From Penicillus capitatus (taxonomy: Eukaryota > Plantae > Chlorophyta), in assembly GCA_965649825.1 (NCBI GenBank), contig OZ287700.1, forward strand, positions 1,488,001 to 1,552,000: a DNA stretch of 64,000 bases. The letters run 5' to 3'. A program made the translations under genes and the position numbers. The notes under the pieces are model-generated. The model worked only from the letters and a program-made list of their open reading frames with translations. It was not told where the DNA came from and made no database searches. Positions 61,021 through 64,000 of this stretch are shown in pieces (within the stretch, counting starts at the first letter, position 1; each line of letters begins with the position of its first letter).

Positions 61021-64000
61021 ATGATGGAGCGCTATTGTTTGTTGCCACTGCACGACGATATTCTGCTGCCCTTTGCCGTGCTCACGGTCCAGCTGGACCT
61101 CGATCAGAGGCACAGGTGGTGCACATCCTTCCGCCTTCCAACCATCATCATGTCTTCTCTCGCGGATCCTCAGCAAGGCACTGCTCTCTCACTTGAGTCA
61201 AGAGAATCAGGAAGACGTATTTGTCGCCGTGTTTCCAGTCAAGACCGACAATACGGACACGGTTACCTGCCCTTTGCCTGTCTTTAAATTCACCCTTTCC
61301 ATCCTTTGCAGAGATCTCTGCCATACCTGGGGAGCATCGGCGTGCTGGGACAAGTCCTGCAGATTTCAAGATTGCCTGGAGTTCGTGAAAGAGAACGCTC
61401 GTTCTGTTGAAATGACGTTCTGGTCGCAGATGCGGAAAGCCACGTTGCTGTTGGAAGGCAAATCGCGGGTCGCTCTGCAACAAGTCTATGAAGAGGACCG
61501 TATCCTGAAAGCTGAAATACGAACAATCTCTCACGAGAACAAAGCTCCGAAGGACAGCTTAAAACAAGAACTCATCTTAAAGTGTGTCATTCTGAGCACG
61601 CACGGCCCATTGCTCGAGACGGCTTCAATGACAAAGGACGCGGAAGTTGATGGAGCTGATGTCCATGAGAGGGAGAGAGGGGGTGGCCAACAAGATGCTG
61701 GAGACGATAGAACAGATGACGGCTAATGATGCAGCCGATGCGATAGGCTCTGTATTGGCCACAAGTTTCCAGGCATGCCCTTTCAAACAGCACTCCAGAT
61801 TCTCGATGCCCGTGTTCTCGGCAGGAGAAGGAATCTCTGCTGAACGAGATGGACGTCTCGAATCGCGTGGAGATGGTCTTGAAGATGGTGGAGAAGTCCA
61901 TCGAACTGGTGGAGAAGGCACTATCCGTCCGGAAACAACCAAGAAAGGCACCATCCGATGTACTGTCCAATGGAAATAGCAATGTGTGCATCTAGCCTGT
62001 GTCTTCTCTCGAGCTCCAGTCCGCTGATGACATCTCCGAACTGCTGGAGAGGATTGTGAAGAAGAATCCTCCAAAGGAGGTCTGTCGATTGTGGAATACC
62101 GCGTGAACTACAGCCGCATTATTGAGGATATGGATTTAGGTTTTGGACGTTGCCCAGAAGGAGGCGAAGAAACTCCAGAGGACAAGCGAAGTGCATCCAG
62201 CGTACGGTATGTCTCGGACGTATCTGGAGACGTTGGCGTCCGTTCCTTTCAACCAGTGGACACCAGAGGCCCAAGAGAACGTGGAACGGGCACGAACAGA
62301 GCTCGATGCTGGACACTCTGGACTGCAGAACGCCAAACGAAGAATCTTGGAATATGTTGCCGTGCAGAAAATCAGTCGAGGAACTGTCCGAGGTCCCATC
62401 CTCTGCTTCGTTGGCCCTCCAGGAGTCGGTGACATATCCACCATCCAACATGTCTGTCACCTGAACCCCTCTCCTTTCAGGCAAGACCTCGTTGGCACAA
62501 GGAATGGCGAAGGCCCTCGGGCGGAAGTACGTTCGAGTGAGTCTGGGCGGCGTCCGCGACGAAGCGGAGATCCGTGGACATCGGCGCACCTACATTGGAG
62601 CCATGCCGGGGCGCATTATATCGGTTCACGACTCCTGTGTGCACAGCCGAAGCTCAACGGTGGCTATTCTAGGGCCTGTGCCAGATTGGAGTTGCCGATT
62701 GTGTGATGCTACTGGATGAGTTGGACAAGATGGGACACGATCTTCGTGGCAATCCCGCCGCCGCATTGCTCGAAGTGCTGGATCCAGAGCAGAACCATGC
62801 CTTCATCGACACCTATTTGGGTACGCACTTGCGCAGATGTATGTTTGCGGAGACTGTCCGATCAATCAGGTGTCCCTGTGGACCTGTCTCGTGTGGTTTT
62901 TCTGGCGACGGCTAACAAGCTGAACGAACTCCCTGCCGCTCTCTTGGATCGTTTAGAGGTCATACGGTTGAGTGGCTACACCCTTCACGAAAAAATCGAC
63001 ATCGCAGAGAAGCATCTCATTCCAAAAGTTCCATCGACGAACAAGAAACGCGCATTCGACTGCTCTGCGTAGGTCACCCGGGAAAACGGACTGAAGCCAC
63101 TCGTGGAGGCAGGGAAGCTAGAGTTTCCAGCGAGCGGATTGGCATACATCATCAAGAACCACACCATGTCTGCTGACCGAGCACTGCCGCCGATGAGTTG
63201 CTAACTTGGGCAGTGTAGGGAAGTCGGCGTCCGAGGACTGGAACGGTGTCTCTCTTCCATCTGTCGATACTGTGCGACCGCCGTCGTTCAGAAGATGGAA
63301 AGGGCGCTCCCATCGAGCAGTTCTGTCTCAACGCTTCCGCCGTCGTCAAGATCAACGAGTGGAGTGAGTGACTCGGACGTTTCCGCAATTCAACTTCGTT
63401 GCTGTGTTACATACAGATTTCAGCGTTCGGAAAGGAGACGAACATCCAGTGGAACTTTTCTCCCGTTATGCATTTCAGCTCGATGTTTGCCACTGAAGCT
63501 ACGAGAGGGGCAAACCACGATTCTACAGCTGATCGTGAACCAAAAGAGAGAAAAAATGAGATCTCAATGACAAATGCTGTGATATGCGCCGTCGACAGAA
63601 TCATTGTTAACGAACGGCTCATCGATACAGTCCTTGGACATCCAAAGCATCAGATTCACTCCCCGGAAGACCACCTCCAGGGAGCAGGTTTGTGGTGTTC
63701 ATTATTCGCATTTGATGGACAAGTGAGCAACCAGGTGTCGCCGCCGGACTGGTCTGGACTCCGGTCGGCGGTTCCGTTCAGTACATCGAATGCTGCACGA
63801 CGCGAAAACACGATACCGAACACCAAGGGAGGTTGACACTTACTGGACAACTAGGAGAAGTGCTTGAGGAATCTGCCCAGATCGCGATGTCATGGATAAA
63901 GTCCCATGCCACCGAACTGAAGTTCCCAGAGGTAAACGCGTTTCAGAACTGCGACGTCCACATCCACCTTCCATCAGGCGGCGTTCAGAAAGACGGACCA
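61021..64000 (+). CDS. LON2: Lon ATP-dependent protease (LON2/peroxisomal-type N-terminus); truncated by window end
   Basis: N-domain [15 protein letters not shown]; [11 protein letters not shown]; [19 protein letters not shown]; Walker [13 protein letters not shown]|KTSL; [26 protein letters not shown]; Walker [11 protein letters not shown]; [11 protein letters not shown]; [18 protein letters not shown]; ends at [16 protein letters not shown] just before the catalytic Ser. The subtype is inferred from the lack of a presequence. Confidence 0.93.

Noticed and set aside
21682-64000. rps12, dxr, groES-like and lon read as a bacterial contig or HGT island
   Set aside because: All carry spliceosomal introns and/or transit peptides and are interleaved with eukaryote-specific genes.
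1-64000. tRNA, rRNA or spliceosomal snRNA genes
   Set aside because: No cloverleaf or U1/U2/U4/U5/U6 signature found by eye; tRNAscan-SE/Infernal would be needed to exclude them formally.

Overview
Eukaryotic nuclear DNA from a very compact genome, most consistent with a green alga (Chlorophyta). Evidence: plastid-targeted DXR, Cpn10, CBM20 and RAP/OPR proteins, a plant-type SYF2/ALF4/SFT1/LON2 set, and the ciliary factor WDR92. The exact taxon cannot be determined from the sequence. I reconstructed about 28 protein-coding genes by hand; almost all are split by tiny (mostly 44-60 nt) introns, so the ORF track fragments them. The standard genetic code is used. Most genes are housekeeping or organelle-biogenesis genes: two RAP/OPR proteins, mTERF, organellar-type rps12, PPIP5K/VIP1, ELO elongase, OSCA channel, Psf2-like, DXR, Cpn10, Uso1/p115, WDR92 and Lon (truncated by the window end). 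The most notable items are: (1) a secreted precursor ending in a conotoxin-like cystine knot, next to a secreted tandem PAN-like protein; (2) a Venus-flytrap + Cys-rich + multi-TM receptor-like gene with a class-C-GPCR-like layout; (3) a 4-kb gene-poor island holding a GC-rich ~200-nt structured element with a predicted loop-loop pseudoknot, a 3-copy repeat/palindromic-spacer mini-array, and a decayed hAT transposon interrupted by a 5'-truncated LINE with a perfect 13-bp TSD; (4) many GC-AG introns and degenerate 5' splice sites; (5) tandem genes separated by only 10-43 nt, which are candidate polycistronic loci. Splice models and family calls are manual motif recognition, not database searches; several start codons are uncertain.
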